This document shows positions 24,189 through 33,462 of a stretch of DNA of 64,000 nt, in pieces; position 1 is the first letter of the stretch; every line of letters starts with the position of its first letter. The position numbers were made by a program, and so were the translations under genes. Below the pieces are notes generated by a model, which made no database searches, had not been told where the DNA came from, and was given only the letters and a program-made list of their open reading frames with translations. Origin of the DNA: Pseudomonadales bacterium (lineage in GTDB: Bacteria; Pseudomonadota; Gammaproteobacteria; Pseudomonadales; UBA5518); the NCBI GenBank assembly GCA_024234165.1, contig JACKOP010000001.1, positions 213,707 through 277,706 on the forward strand, in the 5' to 3' direction.

Positions 24189-27100
24189 CTAATGAAAATC
24201 CCGCGATACCGTGCGCAGCGTGCCGAGAGCCGCGCTGTGGTCGATCAGCTCGCCGGCAATCACGTGGGCCACGCCGTCCCGGCTTTCCAGCACCCCCTTG
24301 ACCAGCAGCAGCCGCGCACGCAGCAAGGCCGTGCGAAAACGCTCCTGGCGGTCACGCCAGACTATGACATTGATATTGCCGGTCTCGTCCTCCAGGGTCA
24401 GAAACAGCACGCCGCTGGCCGTACCGGGGCGCTGACGCCCGGCGACCAGGCCGGCCACACGCACGAAACGGGCTCCGTCCAGCGCTGCCAGTCCTGCGGC
24501 CGTGCGACAGCGCACGAATGGTTCCCGATCACGCAGCATGGCCAACGGATGGCGGCCCAGCGTAAGGCCCTGGCTGCGATAATCCTGTGCGATTTCCTCT
24601 GCTTCGCAAGGCGCCGCCAACAGCACGCCGTCGTCTGCAACCATCTCTGCGGCACATTCGACGGCATCGAACAGCGGACGGGGTTCCTCGATTGCTGCGG
24701 ATCGCCAGTGCGCCTGGCGACGATGTCCACCCAGACGTTGCAATGCACCGGCACCGGCGAGCAGCGTCAGCTCGTGGCTCTGCAGTTGCGTTCGGTGCGC
24801 GAGATCGTGCAGGTTGTCGAACGCGTGCTCGTGCCGTGCGGCGACGATGCGCACGGCAGTCGCCTGCGCCAGTCCGTCGATTTGCCGCAGACCCAGTCGA
24901 ATCGCAACGGATGAGGAGTGGCTTTCGAGGGTACAGTCCCAGATGCTGCAATCGACATCGATCGGGAGCACGGTGACGCCATGACGGCGTACGTCCTGTA
25001 CCAGCTGGGAAGGCGAGTAGAAGCCCATTGGCTGGCTGTTCAGCAGCGCGCAGCACCAGGCAGCAGGGTAATGACACCTGATCCACGCCGAGGCGTAGGC
25101 GAGGAGGGCGAAGCTCGCCGCGTGCGATTCCGGGAAACCGTATTCGCCAAAACCCTTCATCTGCCTGAACAGCCGCTCGGCAAATTCGCGCTGGTGCCCG
25201 CGCGCAAGCATGCCGTCGATCACCTTGCGCTCGAATGTGGCCAGCGCACCGTTGCGCTGCCAGGCCGCCATGGCGCGACGCAACTGATCGGCTTCACCAC
25301 CCGAAAAACCCGCCGCGACCATCGCCAGCTTGATCACCTGCTCCTGGAAGATCGGCACGCCGAGCGTGCGCTCGAGCACTTCGCGAACGGCCTCGTCGGG
25401 GTAGCTGACGGGTTCCAGCCCCCGGCGTCGTCGCAGGTAGGGATGCACCATATCGCCCTGGATGGGCCCAGGACGCACGATCGCGACCTCGATCACCAGA
25501 TCGTAGAAAGTGCGTGGTCTGAGGCGTGGCAGCATCGCCATCTGCGCACGCGACTCGATCTGGAACACGCCCACGGTATCGGCGCGTCTGATCATCGCGT
25601 AGGTTGCGGGGTCCTCGTGCGGGATCGACTGCATGTCGAGTTCGACGCCATGCGCGGCGCTGATCAGTGCGAAACTGCGACGCAGTGCGCTCAGTATCCC
25701 GAGCGCGAGGATATCCACCTTCAGCAGCCCCAGCGCTTCGATGTCATCCTTGTCCCACTGGATCACGGTGCGTCCTGGCATCGCGGCGTTTTCCACCGGC
25801 ACCAGTGCGGCCAGCAGGCCACGCGCGATGATGAAGCCACCGACATGCTGCGACAGATGGCGCGGAAAGCCGAGGATCTGGTTCACCAGCGACAGCAACT
25901 TCTCTGCAATTGCAGTCGCAGCGTCCAGATTCTCTTCGGTGAAACGACGGGCGAGTTCCTCGCGACAGTCCCACCATGACAGCGATTTCGCCAGCCGATC
26001 GACGAACAGCGGGTCCAGCCCCAGCGCCCTGCCGACGTCACGCACCGCGCTGCGCGGGCGATAGCGGATCAGCGTTGCCGCCAGTGCCGCACGCTCGCGC
26101 GAGTATTTGCGGTAGATGTACTGAATGACTTCCTCGCGCCGTTCGTGTTCGAAATCGACATCGATATCGGGTGGTTCGTTGCGCTCACGTGAAATGAAGC
26201 GTTCGAACAGCACCGCAATGCGGTCGGGGTCCACTTCCGTGATGAACAGGCAATAACAGACCGCCGAATTGGCAGCTGAACCACGCCCCTGACAGAGGAT
26301 GCCGTTGCTGCGCGCAAACTGCACGATGTCGTGTACGGTCAGGAAATAGTGCTCGTAGCCGAGTTCGGCGATCAGGACGAGCTCCTTGTCCAGCAGCGCG
26401 CGCACCCGTTGCGGTACTCCGGCGGGCCAGCGTCGTTGCGCGCCGGCATCCACCAGTTGCGCCAGCCAGCCCGTAGCCGTGATACCAGGCGGCACCACCT
26501 CGGCCGGGTATTCGTAACGCAGTTCGCTCAGCGAAAAACTGCAGCGACTGGCAATGAGCAATGTTTCAGCGAGCAGCGCAGGCGGATAGATGCGACGCAA
26601 TCGTGCCAGCGGCCGCAGATGACGTTCCGCATTGGGCTCAAGTCGCGTGCCGAGCTGCTGCACCGGCTCTCCAAGCCGGATTGCACACAGCGTATCGGCC
26701 AGAGCCTTGCGTTCAGCCACATGCATCAACACGCCACCGCAGGCGACCATCCGCAGCGCCAGGCGCCGTGCAATGCCGCACAGTCGCTGGTAATGCGCCT
26801 GGTCATCGGCACCGAGCAGCAACTCGACTCCCAGCCAGAGCCGGTCTGTGAATACGTTGCGCAATGCCTCGCCACAGGCCGCGAGCCCGTCTTCGGCACC
26901 ACTACCCGGAAGCCAGATCGCGAGACAGCAATGGATCACCTGTTCGATATCGTGCAAGCCCAGCGTGTACTCACCCTTCGGACTGCGACGGCGCGCCAGC
27001 GTGATCAGGCCGGACAGCTCGGCATACGCCGCGCGATCCGGCGCAAGCAACACCAGCAGACAATCGGAATCCAGCCGGAACTCGGCACCGACGATCAGGT

Positions 27101-27278
27101 GCAGGCCATGCATACGTGCTGCCACATGCGCCTTGACGACGCCTGCCAGCGAACATTCGTCGGTCAGTGCCAGCGCGCGATAACCTTCGTGTGCGGCCTG
27201 TGCCACCAGCTCGGCCGGGTGCGAAGCACCACGCAGAAAACTGAAATTGCTGAGACAGTGCAACTCGGCGTAGCCCAT
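24189..27278 (-). CDS. dnaE2: Error-prone DNA polymerase DnaE2 (ImuC)
   Basis: The track ORF runs to 27287 with a TTG start. I prefer ATG 27278 with GAGG 4 nt upstream (MGYAELHCLSNFSFLRGASHPAELV...). The PHP and pol III alpha core motifs, the roughly 1030-aa length and a LexA box upstream all fit DnaE2. Confidence 0.92.
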   Translation of the reverse strand: MGYAELHCLSNFSFLRGASHPAELVAQAAHEGYRALALTDECSLAGVVKAHVAARMHGLHLIVGAEFRLDSDCLLVLLAPDRAAYAELSGLITLARRRSPKGEYTLGLHDIEQVIHCCLAIWLPGSGAEDGLAACGEALRNVFTDRLWLGVELLLGADDQAHYQRLCGIARRLALRMVACGGVLMHVAERKALADTLCAIRLGEPVQQLGTRLEPNAERHLRPLARLRRIYPPALLAETLLIASRCSFSLSELRYEYPAEVVPPGITATGWLAQLVDAGAQRRWPAGVPQRVRALLDKELVLIAELGYEHYFLTVHDIVQFARSNGILCQGRGSAANSAVCYCLFITEVDPDRIAVLFERFISRERNEPPDIDVDFEHERREEVIQYIYRKYSRERAALAATLIRYRPRSAVRDVGRALGLDPLFVDRLAKSLSWWDCREELARRFTEENLDAATAIAEKLLSLVNQILGFPRHLSQHVGGFIIARGLLAALVPVENAAMPGRTVIQWDKDDIEALGLLKVDILALGILSALRRSFALISAAHGVELDMQSIPHEDPATYAMIRRADTVGVFQIESRAQMAMLPRLRPRTFYDLVIEVAIVRPGPIQGDMVHPYLRRRRGLEPVSYPDEAVREVLERTLGVPIFQEQVIKLAMVAAGFSGGEADQLRRAMAAWQRNGALATFERKVIDGMLARGHQREFAERLFRQMKGFGEYGFPESHAASFALLAYASAWIRCHYPAAWCCALLNSQPMGFYSPSQLVQDVRRHGVTVLPIDVDCSIWDCTLESHSSSVAIRLGLRQIDGLAQATAVRIVAARHEHAFDNLHDLAHRTQLQSHELTLLAGAGALQRLGGHRRQAHWRSAAIEEPRPLFDAVECAAEMVADDGVLLAAPCEAEEIAQDYRSQGLTLGRHPLAMLRDREPFVRCRTAAGLAALDGARFVRVAGLVAGRQRPGTASGVLFLTLEDETGNINVIVWRDRQERFRTALLRARLLLVKGVLESRDGVAHVIAGELIDHSAALGTLRTVSRDFH

Positions 27279-27293
27279 AAGCCTCAACCCATG

Positions 27294-27313
27294 TACTGTT
27301 TGTTTGTACAGTA
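27294..27313. promoter_or_regulatory. LexA (SOS) box overlapping a candidate -10 element of dnaE2
   Basis: TACTGTTTGTTTGTACAGTA fits CTGT-N8-ACAG with the TACTG...CAGTA flanks of the gammaproteobacterial consensus. On the minus strand, TATACT (27310-27315) overlaps the box. It lies between divergent dnaE2 and ycgN. Confidence 0.85.
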
Positions 27314-27377
27314 TACAGGCTCTGCAGGGTTTGCCCGGTTAACATGCACCACACTGCCCACAACCGGCACTGCCGCA

Positions 27378-27827
27378 ATGAACCGATCCACTGCACCGTT
27401 CTGGAAGACCACTCCGCTGGAGCGCATGAGCCGTGCGCAATGGGAATCCGTGTGCGATGGCTGCGGCCTGTGCTGCCTGCAGAAACTCGAGGACGAGCAC
27501 ACCGAACGCATCTACTACACGAACGTGGCCTGCCGTTTGCTCGATCCCCAAACCTGTCGTTGCAGCGACTACGCTCACCGCCGCCTGCGTGTCTCGGACT
27601 GCATCGAGCTGACACCACAGACGATCAGCGATTACCGCTGGCTTCCAGAAACCTGCAGCTACCGTCTGCTGGCCGAAGGAAAGGAGCTGCCGGACTGGCA
27701 CCATCTGGTGTGCAACGACCGCGATGCGGTACATCGCGCAGGGATATCGTACGCCGGACGCATGATCAGCGAAGACGAGGTGCACGAGGAAGACTGGGAG
27801 GATCACATCATCTTCCGCATCGGCTGA
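27378..27827 (+). CDS. ycgN: YcgN-family (UPF0260) cysteine-cluster protein
   Basis: This is the last 149 aa of track ORF 26331..27827, starting at ATG 27378. The sequence reads MNRSTAPFWKTTPLERMSRAQWESVCDGCGLCCLQKLEDE...YTNVACRLLDPQTCRCSDY. Confidence 0.85.
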   Translation: MNRSTAPFWKTTPLERMSRAQWESVCDGCGLCCLQKLEDEHTERIYYTNVACRLLDPQTCRCSDYAHRRLRVSDCIELTPQTISDYRWLPETCSYRLLAEGKELPDWHHLVCNDRDAVHRAGISYAGRMISEDEVHEEDWEDHIIFRIG

Positions 27828-27905
27828 TGCTGTCTTGCCTCCCAATTCCGCTGGACCCGCTTGACCCGGTTTTGTGAGAGACCGAACCGGGCCGTGTTTG
27901 GCCGG

Positions 27906-28199
27906 TTACAGTCGATCCGGGCAGCGATCGAAGTGTGCGGCTACCCGGCGCAGCGCTCGTGCGTAACCATCGATCGTCTTCGGTGCCTTGCCTTGGAGCT
28001 TCAATGCTCTAAGATGCTTCGCGTACAGTGCGTCAAACGTCAAAACGGATTTGCTTCGATGAATCCATGTCGCTTCTCCTTCGGTGATGCACACTTGGGT
28101 CTGGGCATGCTGGAGAAGTTTTCCGGTTTTGGCGTCTCGTTCTTCTTGTCTTGTTCCTGCCGCGAAGCGGCTTCGTTCAACTAAGGCGTTAGGCGGCAA
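27906..28199 (-). pseudogene. Tyrosine recombinase/integrase fragment (N-terminal SAM-like domain only)
   Basis: A 97-aa ORF ending in LTFDALYAKHLRALKLQGKAPKTIDGYARALRRVAAHFDRCPDRL followed by a stop. This is typical of the N-terminal core-binding domain. No catalytic domain follows, because ycgN lies there instead. Confidence 0.6.
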
Positions 28200-28232
28200 A
28201 GAATCCGAACAGCAACTTCCAGGAGCCCTGCC

Positions 28233-28457
28233 ATGACAGCGAAACGCAAGCGAGACATCGAGAAGAGTTACCCGAGGGCTGCGTTCGCAGCCAAGCTACG
28301 CCGTTTTGCGGATGCCATCGAAAATGGCGAGCGATTTTCCATTCAGATCGCGGGCGAGCGAATCGTCGTTCCTGCAAAAGCCCGCTTCAATATTGAGCAT
28401 GAGCGGTCTGCGGAAGAGGAGGAAATCGAGTTCCAGATCAAGTGGGGCAAGGAGTGA
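28233..28457 (+). CDS. Small amphi-Trp-domain-like protein (74 aa)
   Basis: Track ORF. FSIQIAGERIVVPAKARFNIEHERSAEEEEIEFQIKWGKE resembles the amphi-Trp domain pattern, which has an acidic stretch and then a terminal Trp. The call is made from memory of the family. Confidence 0.5.
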   Translation: MTAKRKRDIEKSYPRAAFAAKLRRFADAIENGERFSIQIAGERIVVPAKARFNIEHERSAEEEEIEFQIKWGKE

Positions 28458-28491
28458 GCATCACCCCACGGTCAAGGAAAAAATGAGACGG

Positions 28492-28728
28492 CTATTTCAA
28501 TGCTTCAATTCCAGCGCCAAAGTTGATATGGAACACTGCTCCACCCATGACGAGGGCCGGCACGGACTTGACACCAGCAGACTCCGCTTCTTTCAGGCGC
28601 GATTTGTCGCTGCCCAGGTGGACAATCTCAACGTCGTACTTTGCAGGGTCAAGTGCGTTGGCTACGTTCTGCTCAGCAGCAACGCATACGGGGCATCCGG
28701 CATGGTAGAAAATGGCTTTGGCCTTCAT
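28492..28728 (-). CDS. Thioredoxin/glutaredoxin-fold small protein (78 aa, CPVC motif)
   Basis: The start is ATG 28728, with AGGAG 5 nt upstream. The sequence is MKAKAIFYHAGCPVCVAAEQ...SVPALVMGG. It is divergent from an HxlR regulator. Confidence 0.7.
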   Translation of the reverse strand: MKAKAIFYHAGCPVCVAAEQNVANALDPAKYDVEIVHLGSDKSRLKEAESAGVKSVPALVMGGAVFHINFGAGIEALK

Positions 28729-28863
28729 GACATTTCTCCTGGGTTCGTTAGCACCACCGGCACACCTGCATGCTAGGAACAACGCCGGCCCGCGCATAGC
28801 AGGCACTTCCTGGTGCCCCGGTAACCTTTTGGTGTAACTTGTGGAAAACAGAGGAAATAAAAA

Positions 28864-29178
28864 ATGTCACCCCCGGTGAAATCTGCCTATGCGCAACTTG
28901 AAGATGTGGTTGGCTGCAAGTGGTCTGTCTCGGTTCTGCGTGCCATCTCTGACGGAATTTCGCGCCCTGGAGCATTGGAGCGTCACGTACAAGGCATTTC
29001 AACAAAGGTTCTGTCTGAACGGCTACGCAAGCTGACTACTTATGGTTTGCTGGCCAAACATGTTTATGCGGAGGTACCACCCAGGACCGAGTATTCTCTG
29101 ACCCAGAATGGCCAGAAGTTGGTTGGCATCATTGAACAGCTAAAGCTCTTGGATGACGAAATCAATTGCGCCGGATAA
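28864..29178 (+). CDS. HxlR-family winged-helix transcriptional regulator
   Basis: Track ORF of 104 aa. The sequence is VVGCKWSVSVLRAISDGISRPGALERHVQGISTKVLSERLRKLTTYGLLAKHVYAEVPPRTEYSLTQNG. Confidence 0.85.
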   Translation: MSPPVKSAYAQLEDVVGCKWSVSVLRAISDGISRPGALERHVQGISTKVLSERLRKLTTYGLLAKHVYAEVPPRTEYSLTQNGQKLVGIIEQLKLLDDEINCAG

Positions 29179-29224
29179 GGTGCTCCAGCGGACCCCAAAA
29201 AGCGGCGCCGCTGAACCCGCGGCA

Positions 29225-29515
<291 letters not shown>

Positions 29516-29517
29516 GT

Positions 29518-29901
29518 GGAAGAGTCGAGCATGAAATCGAGCCGCCCTTCAAAGGCTTCCAATTTTGCCATTGCTCAAGGTGCAGAAAATCCACTGGCAG
29601 CGTGCATTCCGCAAACGTATTTGTTCCTGTTCCACAGTTCCATTGGGTAAAAGGTGCGGAGCATGTCGGAAAACATGCTTTTCCTCAGACAAGGTATTTG
29701 ACCACGGCGTTCTGCAAGAAATGCGGCTCATCATTGCCATGGGAAGTGAAGGACGATAAAAATATGGTAGTTCCAGCAGGTACACTGGACGAAGATCCAG
29801 GAATAAGGCATGAACAGAACATATTCTGGGGTTCAAGAGCTTCTTGGTGTGTGGAAACCAGTGAATTGCCAAAGCATGAAGAATTGCCAGTGAAGAAATG
29901 A
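29518..29901 (+). CDS. GFA (glutathione-dependent formaldehyde-activating/CENP-V-like) family protein, 5' end replaced by the IS3 remnant
   Basis: Track ORF 29458..29901 is a chimera. Its first 20 codons are IS3-derived, and GFA homology follows (GRVEHEIEPPFKGFQFCHCSRCRKSTGS...FCKKCGSSL). The usual N-terminal G-S-C-x-C-G zinc ligands are missing. Confidence 0.6.
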   Translation, partial: GRVEHEIEPPFKGFQFCHCSRCRKSTGSVHSANVFVPVPQFHWVKGAEHVGKHAFPQTRYLTTAFCKKCGSSLPWEVKDDKNMVVPAGTLDEDPGIRHEQNIFWGSRASWCVETSELPKHEELPVKK

Positions 29902-29913
29902 CTGCTAGTCGGC

Positions 29914-30462
29914 ATGACAAGAACCTCTGCACTCATTCGATTCGGCGTCGTGGTGCTCACGGCAATGTTCTTGTTGGGCTGGTGGATGTATGGGAACGAC
30001 TTCCGCGGCGACACCCAGGCGCATCGAATTCAACTGGACGTCGACCAGGTCAGAGGCGCAAGCAAAGACGACGTCACGGAAGTTCGGCTCCACCCGGTAC
30101 TGCGCGGATACCAGCTGGTGCTGCTTCCTCGGCTATCGGTCGGCACACAGGTGACCATCTATGCATCGGTTGCGGAGTTCGGCTTCCGCCGCCTCGGTGG
30201 TGGCTGGATCTTCCGTGGGGAGCCGTTTCTTGGCCGGCATGCTGTTCCGGCGTCCGTCCTGGCGGTGAAATCGAGCAATCCGGGCAGTCTTGAAGCACAG
30301 CTCGAATTCACACCGGGTTTGCCCACTCGCAACCGGATCATGCTGCGTGCCGTTCGCCCCGGCATGAGCCGTATCTCGCTCAGTGTGCTCAAGCTCGATT
30401 CAGCATTCAAACCGACCGCAAGTGAGCCGGTATCAGACTCGCTGGAGATCACCGTCCAATGA
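29914..30462 (+). CDS. Hypothetical membrane-anchored protein (182 aa)
   Basis: Track ORF with an N-terminal TM helix (LIRFGVVVLTAMFLLGWWMY). The C-terminal part is beta-rich. I did not recognise a family. Confidence 0.5.
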   Translation: MTRTSALIRFGVVVLTAMFLLGWWMYGNDFRGDTQAHRIQLDVDQVRGASKDDVTEVRLHPVLRGYQLVLLPRLSVGTQVTIYASVAEFGFRRLGGGWIFRGEPFLGRHAVPASVLAVKSSNPGSLEAQLEFTPGLPTRNRIMLRAVRPGMSRISLSVLKLDSAFKPTASEPVSDSLEITVQ

Positions 30463-30627
30463 GTGTCGTCGACAGGAAGGCCGGCGACAGACCACTGCGT
30501 CTGTGTCAACATTCCACTGCACCTGAACGCCATCCCACAACGCTGACTCATTCTTCCAGAGACCATGTGGTGCTGCGGTGCGCAGCACTGAAGATCCAGA
30601 TTCCAGACAGCATATAAGGAAAACGCC

Positions 30628-32019
30628 ATGCGACACTGCCACGCCGTCCTGATCAGCATCCTGCTGTCACTGTGCGGGAGTACCGTAATGGCGGACACAC
30701 CCACTCAGGTCCGCAAGGATCCGCAGGCCATCATCGCCCACCGTCAGGAAGCGCTTGCCTATGCGACGGGGTTGCAAGCCTATCTGTACGGTTATCCGGT
30801 CATCGACTATCTGCGCGTGATGCGCGAACAGATCAACAAAGGTCTGGACCCCAACGGGGTGTATGCGCCGATCAACCAGGTTGCCTTTCAGGAGAACCTC
30901 GAGCGCCCCGGCGGCATGTTCGCCGGACGCGGGCCGAATACCAGCACGCTGTATTTCAATGGCTGGCTGGATGTGTCGGAGAAACCACTGCTGGTCGATG
31001 TGCCGGACACTGCCGGACGCTATTACGTGCTGACCTGGACGGATCTGTACTCCGAGGTACAACACACCGGACGGCGCACCACCGGCACGGGTGCCCAACG
31101 CCTGCTGGTGGCAGGGCCCGAGTGGCAGGGCGAGGTGCCTGCAGGTACCCACCTGGTGCGATTGAAGACGCGTTATGGCTATCTGCTGGGCCGGGTGCTG
31201 GTGAATGGCGCTGACGATCTGCCGGCTGCCCGTGCCGTGATGCACGGCATCCGTCTCGACGGCGTGCAGCGTGAATCCACCAGCTACGTGCTTCCGGACA
31301 AATCGGCACTGACCTCGCTGGCGTTCTTCGAGCACCTCAACCACTTTCTGCGCAGCAATCCGCGCCGGCCGGAGGAGGCGCTGCTGATGGCGCAGATGAA
31401 TCAGGTTGGCATCGGGCCATCCGTGGAACTGCATATTGAGCGCTTGCCGGAAGCCTTGCGACGCGGCCTGCAGCGAGCGCTGGAAGACGGCCATCGGATC
31501 CTGGCCGATTCAGCGTTGGCGGCTCCGTCCATCGTGGGCTGGAGCAAACCATCCAACGAGGTTTACGGTGAGTACGGTTTCGATTACCTGCGCCGGGCCA
31601 TCGTGGAATTTCACGGCTTTCTGGGCAATCGACCCGAAGAAACCATCTATCTGTCGACCCTGACCGACGCCGATGGGCGTCCGCTGCGCGGCAATCATCG
31701 CTATGAGATCGTGTTTCCGGCGGGGCAGTTGCCACCCGCCAATGCTTTCTGGGCACTCAATGTCTACGACGCCAGCACGGTGGACCTGATTCCCAACGCC
31801 ATCGACCGCTACGCGATCACCGACCGTATGTCCGATCTCGTCTACCGCAAGGATGGAGCGCTGGTAATACGTTTGCAGCGGACTCCGCCGGAAGAGAAGA
31901 ACGTCAACTGGTTGCCGGTCACCGATGCCCCGTTGTTCCTGACGCTGCGCTTCTTCGAGCCAGCACAGTCCGTGCTGGACGGAACGTACGAGCCGCCACC
32001 GTTGCGACGGCTCGAGTGA
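30628..32019 (+). CDS. Secreted DUF1254/DUF1214 domain protein
   Basis: Track ORF of 463 aa with a signal peptide. YLYGYPVIDYLRVM...TLYFNGWLDVSEKPLLVDVPDTAGRYYVLTWTDLYS is the DUF1254 pattern. The C-terminal FWALNVYD...LPV is the DUF1214 pattern. Confidence 0.8.
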   Translation: MRHCHAVLISILLSLCGSTVMADTPTQVRKDPQAIIAHRQEALAYATGLQAYLYGYPVIDYLRVMREQINKGLDPNGVYAPINQVAFQENLERPGGMFAGRGPNTSTLYFNGWLDVSEKPLLVDVPDTAGRYYVLTWTDLYSEVQHTGRRTTGTGAQRLLVAGPEWQGEVPAGTHLVRLKTRYGYLLGRVLVNGADDLPAARAVMHGIRLDGVQRESTSYVLPDKSALTSLAFFEHLNHFLRSNPRRPEEALLMAQMNQVGIGPSVELHIERLPEALRRGLQRALEDGHRILADSALAAPSIVGWSKPSNEVYGEYGFDYLRRAIVEFHGFLGNRPEETIYLSTLTDADGRPLRGNHRYEIVFPAGQLPPANAFWALNVYDASTVDLIPNAIDRYAITDRMSDLVYRKDGALVIRLQRTPPEEKNVNWLPVTDAPLFLTLRFFEPAQSVLDGTYEPPPLRRLE

Positions 32020-32070
32020 GGGTAATCATTGACCCACGAAGGTTCTGAACACACCGCGTAGACGCAGAGC

Positions 32071-33462
32071 ATGCCCACAACGCCAGAGGTCATCGCACGT
32101 CGTCTGCGCGAACTGCTTGGCGCCGATGGTGTGATCGACGATCCACAGTCAACCGCACACTACGGCAACGATCGCACCGCACTGGTACCGCCCCGTCCTG
32201 CTTGCGTGGCGCTGCCGCGCAACCTCGAGGAGCTGCGAGGGGTGGTGGATCTCGCACGTCACGAGCGCATTCCTCTGGTTCCATCCGGCGGGCGTACCGG
32301 ACTCAGCGGAGGAGCGATCGCCGCGCACGGAGAGATCGTGGTGGCGCTAGAGCGCATGAGCCGTCTGCTGGCAATCGACCCGGTCGAACGCACGATCACG
32401 GTCGAGGCGGGAATGGTGACCGCCACACTACAGCAGCACGCAGCCGACGCGGGGCTGTTCTACGGTGTCGATTTTGCTTCAGCCGGCTCCAGTCAGATCG
32501 GGGGCAACATCGCGACCAACGCGGGTGGTATCCGCGTGATCCGTTACGGCATGACGCGCGAGCAGGTCCGCGGGCTGACGGTTATCGACGGGCGCGGTGA
32601 AGTGATGCAACTGAACCGCGGACTGGTCAAGAACAACACCGGATTCGATCTGCGCCACCTGTTCGTCGGCTCGGAAGGCATTCTGGGCATCGTGGCATCG
32701 GCCACGCTGAGCCTGCACGCACCGCCCGGCCCAGCGGCCGTGATGCTGCTGGCGGTACGCGACTTCGCGTCGATTCTGGACGTGCTGCACGCATTCCAGC
32801 GCACGTTCACCTTGAACGCTTTCGAGTTCTTCGGACACAACGGCTTGTTGCGCGTACTGCGCGCGCTGGACATGCAAGCACCGCTTGCCGTGTCGGCTCC
32901 GTTCTATGTGCTGCTCGAATTCGAGGAGGAGGGCGACCGCGATGCTGCGCTCGACGTGCTGATGCGGCTGATGAACCAGGGCAGGGTGCACGACGGCGTG
33001 CTCTCGCAGTCGCTCGCTCAGGCACGTGCACTGTGGCGGCTGCGCGAAGCGATGTCCGAAACCCTGGCACGCTGGCGGCCGTACAAGAACGATATCGCGC
33101 TGCGGATTCCGCAGCTTCCCGTTTTCATCGACAGAGTGCAGGACTTGATCTCCCGCGAATACGCGGATTTCGAAGTGGTGTGGTATGGCCACATCGGCGA
33201 CGGCAATCTGCACCTCAACGTATTGCAGCCCGAAAATGCAGACAGCCGTGTGTTTGCCAGGTTCTGTAGCGCAGCCTCACATCGTATTGCTGCACTGGTT
33301 GGCGAATACGGAGGCAGCATTTCGGCCGAGCATGGTGTAGGACTGCTGAAAAAGGAACTGCTTGGCTACACGCGCAGTGCGACCGAAATCGACGCGATGC
33401 GTGCGATCAAGCGCGTGTTCGATCCGTACGGGATCATGAACCCCGGCAAGGTGTTCGATTGA
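32071..33462 (+). CDS. FAD-linked oxidase (GlcD / D-2-hydroxyacid dehydrogenase family)
   Basis: Track ORF of 463 aa. FAD_binding_4 motifs are present (PLVPSGGRTGLSGGA, GGNIATNAGG). The C-terminal oxidase domain ends with SAEHGVGLLKK...IKRVFDPYGIMNPGK. Confidence 0.85.
   Translation: MPTTPEVIARRLRELLGADGVIDDPQSTAHYGNDRTALVPPRPACVALPRNLEELRGVVDLARHERIPLVPSGGRTGLSGGAIAAHGEIVVALERMSRLLAIDPVERTITVEAGMVTATLQQHAADAGLFYGVDFASAGSSQIGGNIATNAGGIRVIRYGMTREQVRGLTVIDGRGEVMQLNRGLVKNNTGFDLRHLFVGSEGILGIVASATLSLHAPPGPAAVMLLAVRDFASILDVLHAFQRTFTLNAFEFFGHNGLLRVLRALDMQAPLAVSAPFYVLLEFEEEGDRDAALDVLMRLMNQGRVHDGVLSQSLAQARALWRLREAMSETLARWRPYKNDIALRIPQLPVFIDRVQDLISREYADFEVVWYGHIGDGNLHLNVLQPENADSRVFARFCSAASHRIAALVGEYGGSISAEHGVGLLKKELLGYTRSATEIDAMRAIKRVFDPYGIMNPGKVFD

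Noticed and set aside
22098-24914. 938-aa plus-strand ORF
   Set aside because: It is antisense to the 817-aa gene and the 3' end of dnaE2. It crosses an intergenic region and has no motifs.
26331-27377. The N-terminal 349 aa of the 498-aa ORF 26331..27827
   Set aside because: This portion is antisense to dnaE2. Only the last 149 codons, from ATG 27378, form the YcgN-family protein.
27828-27905. tRNA gene or att site marking the islet boundary; imperfect hairpin AACCGGGCC-N6-GGCCGGTT
   Set aside because: No cloverleaf-compatible sequence and no matching direct repeat were found at the other end of the islet. The hairpin lacks a U-tract and may be incidental.
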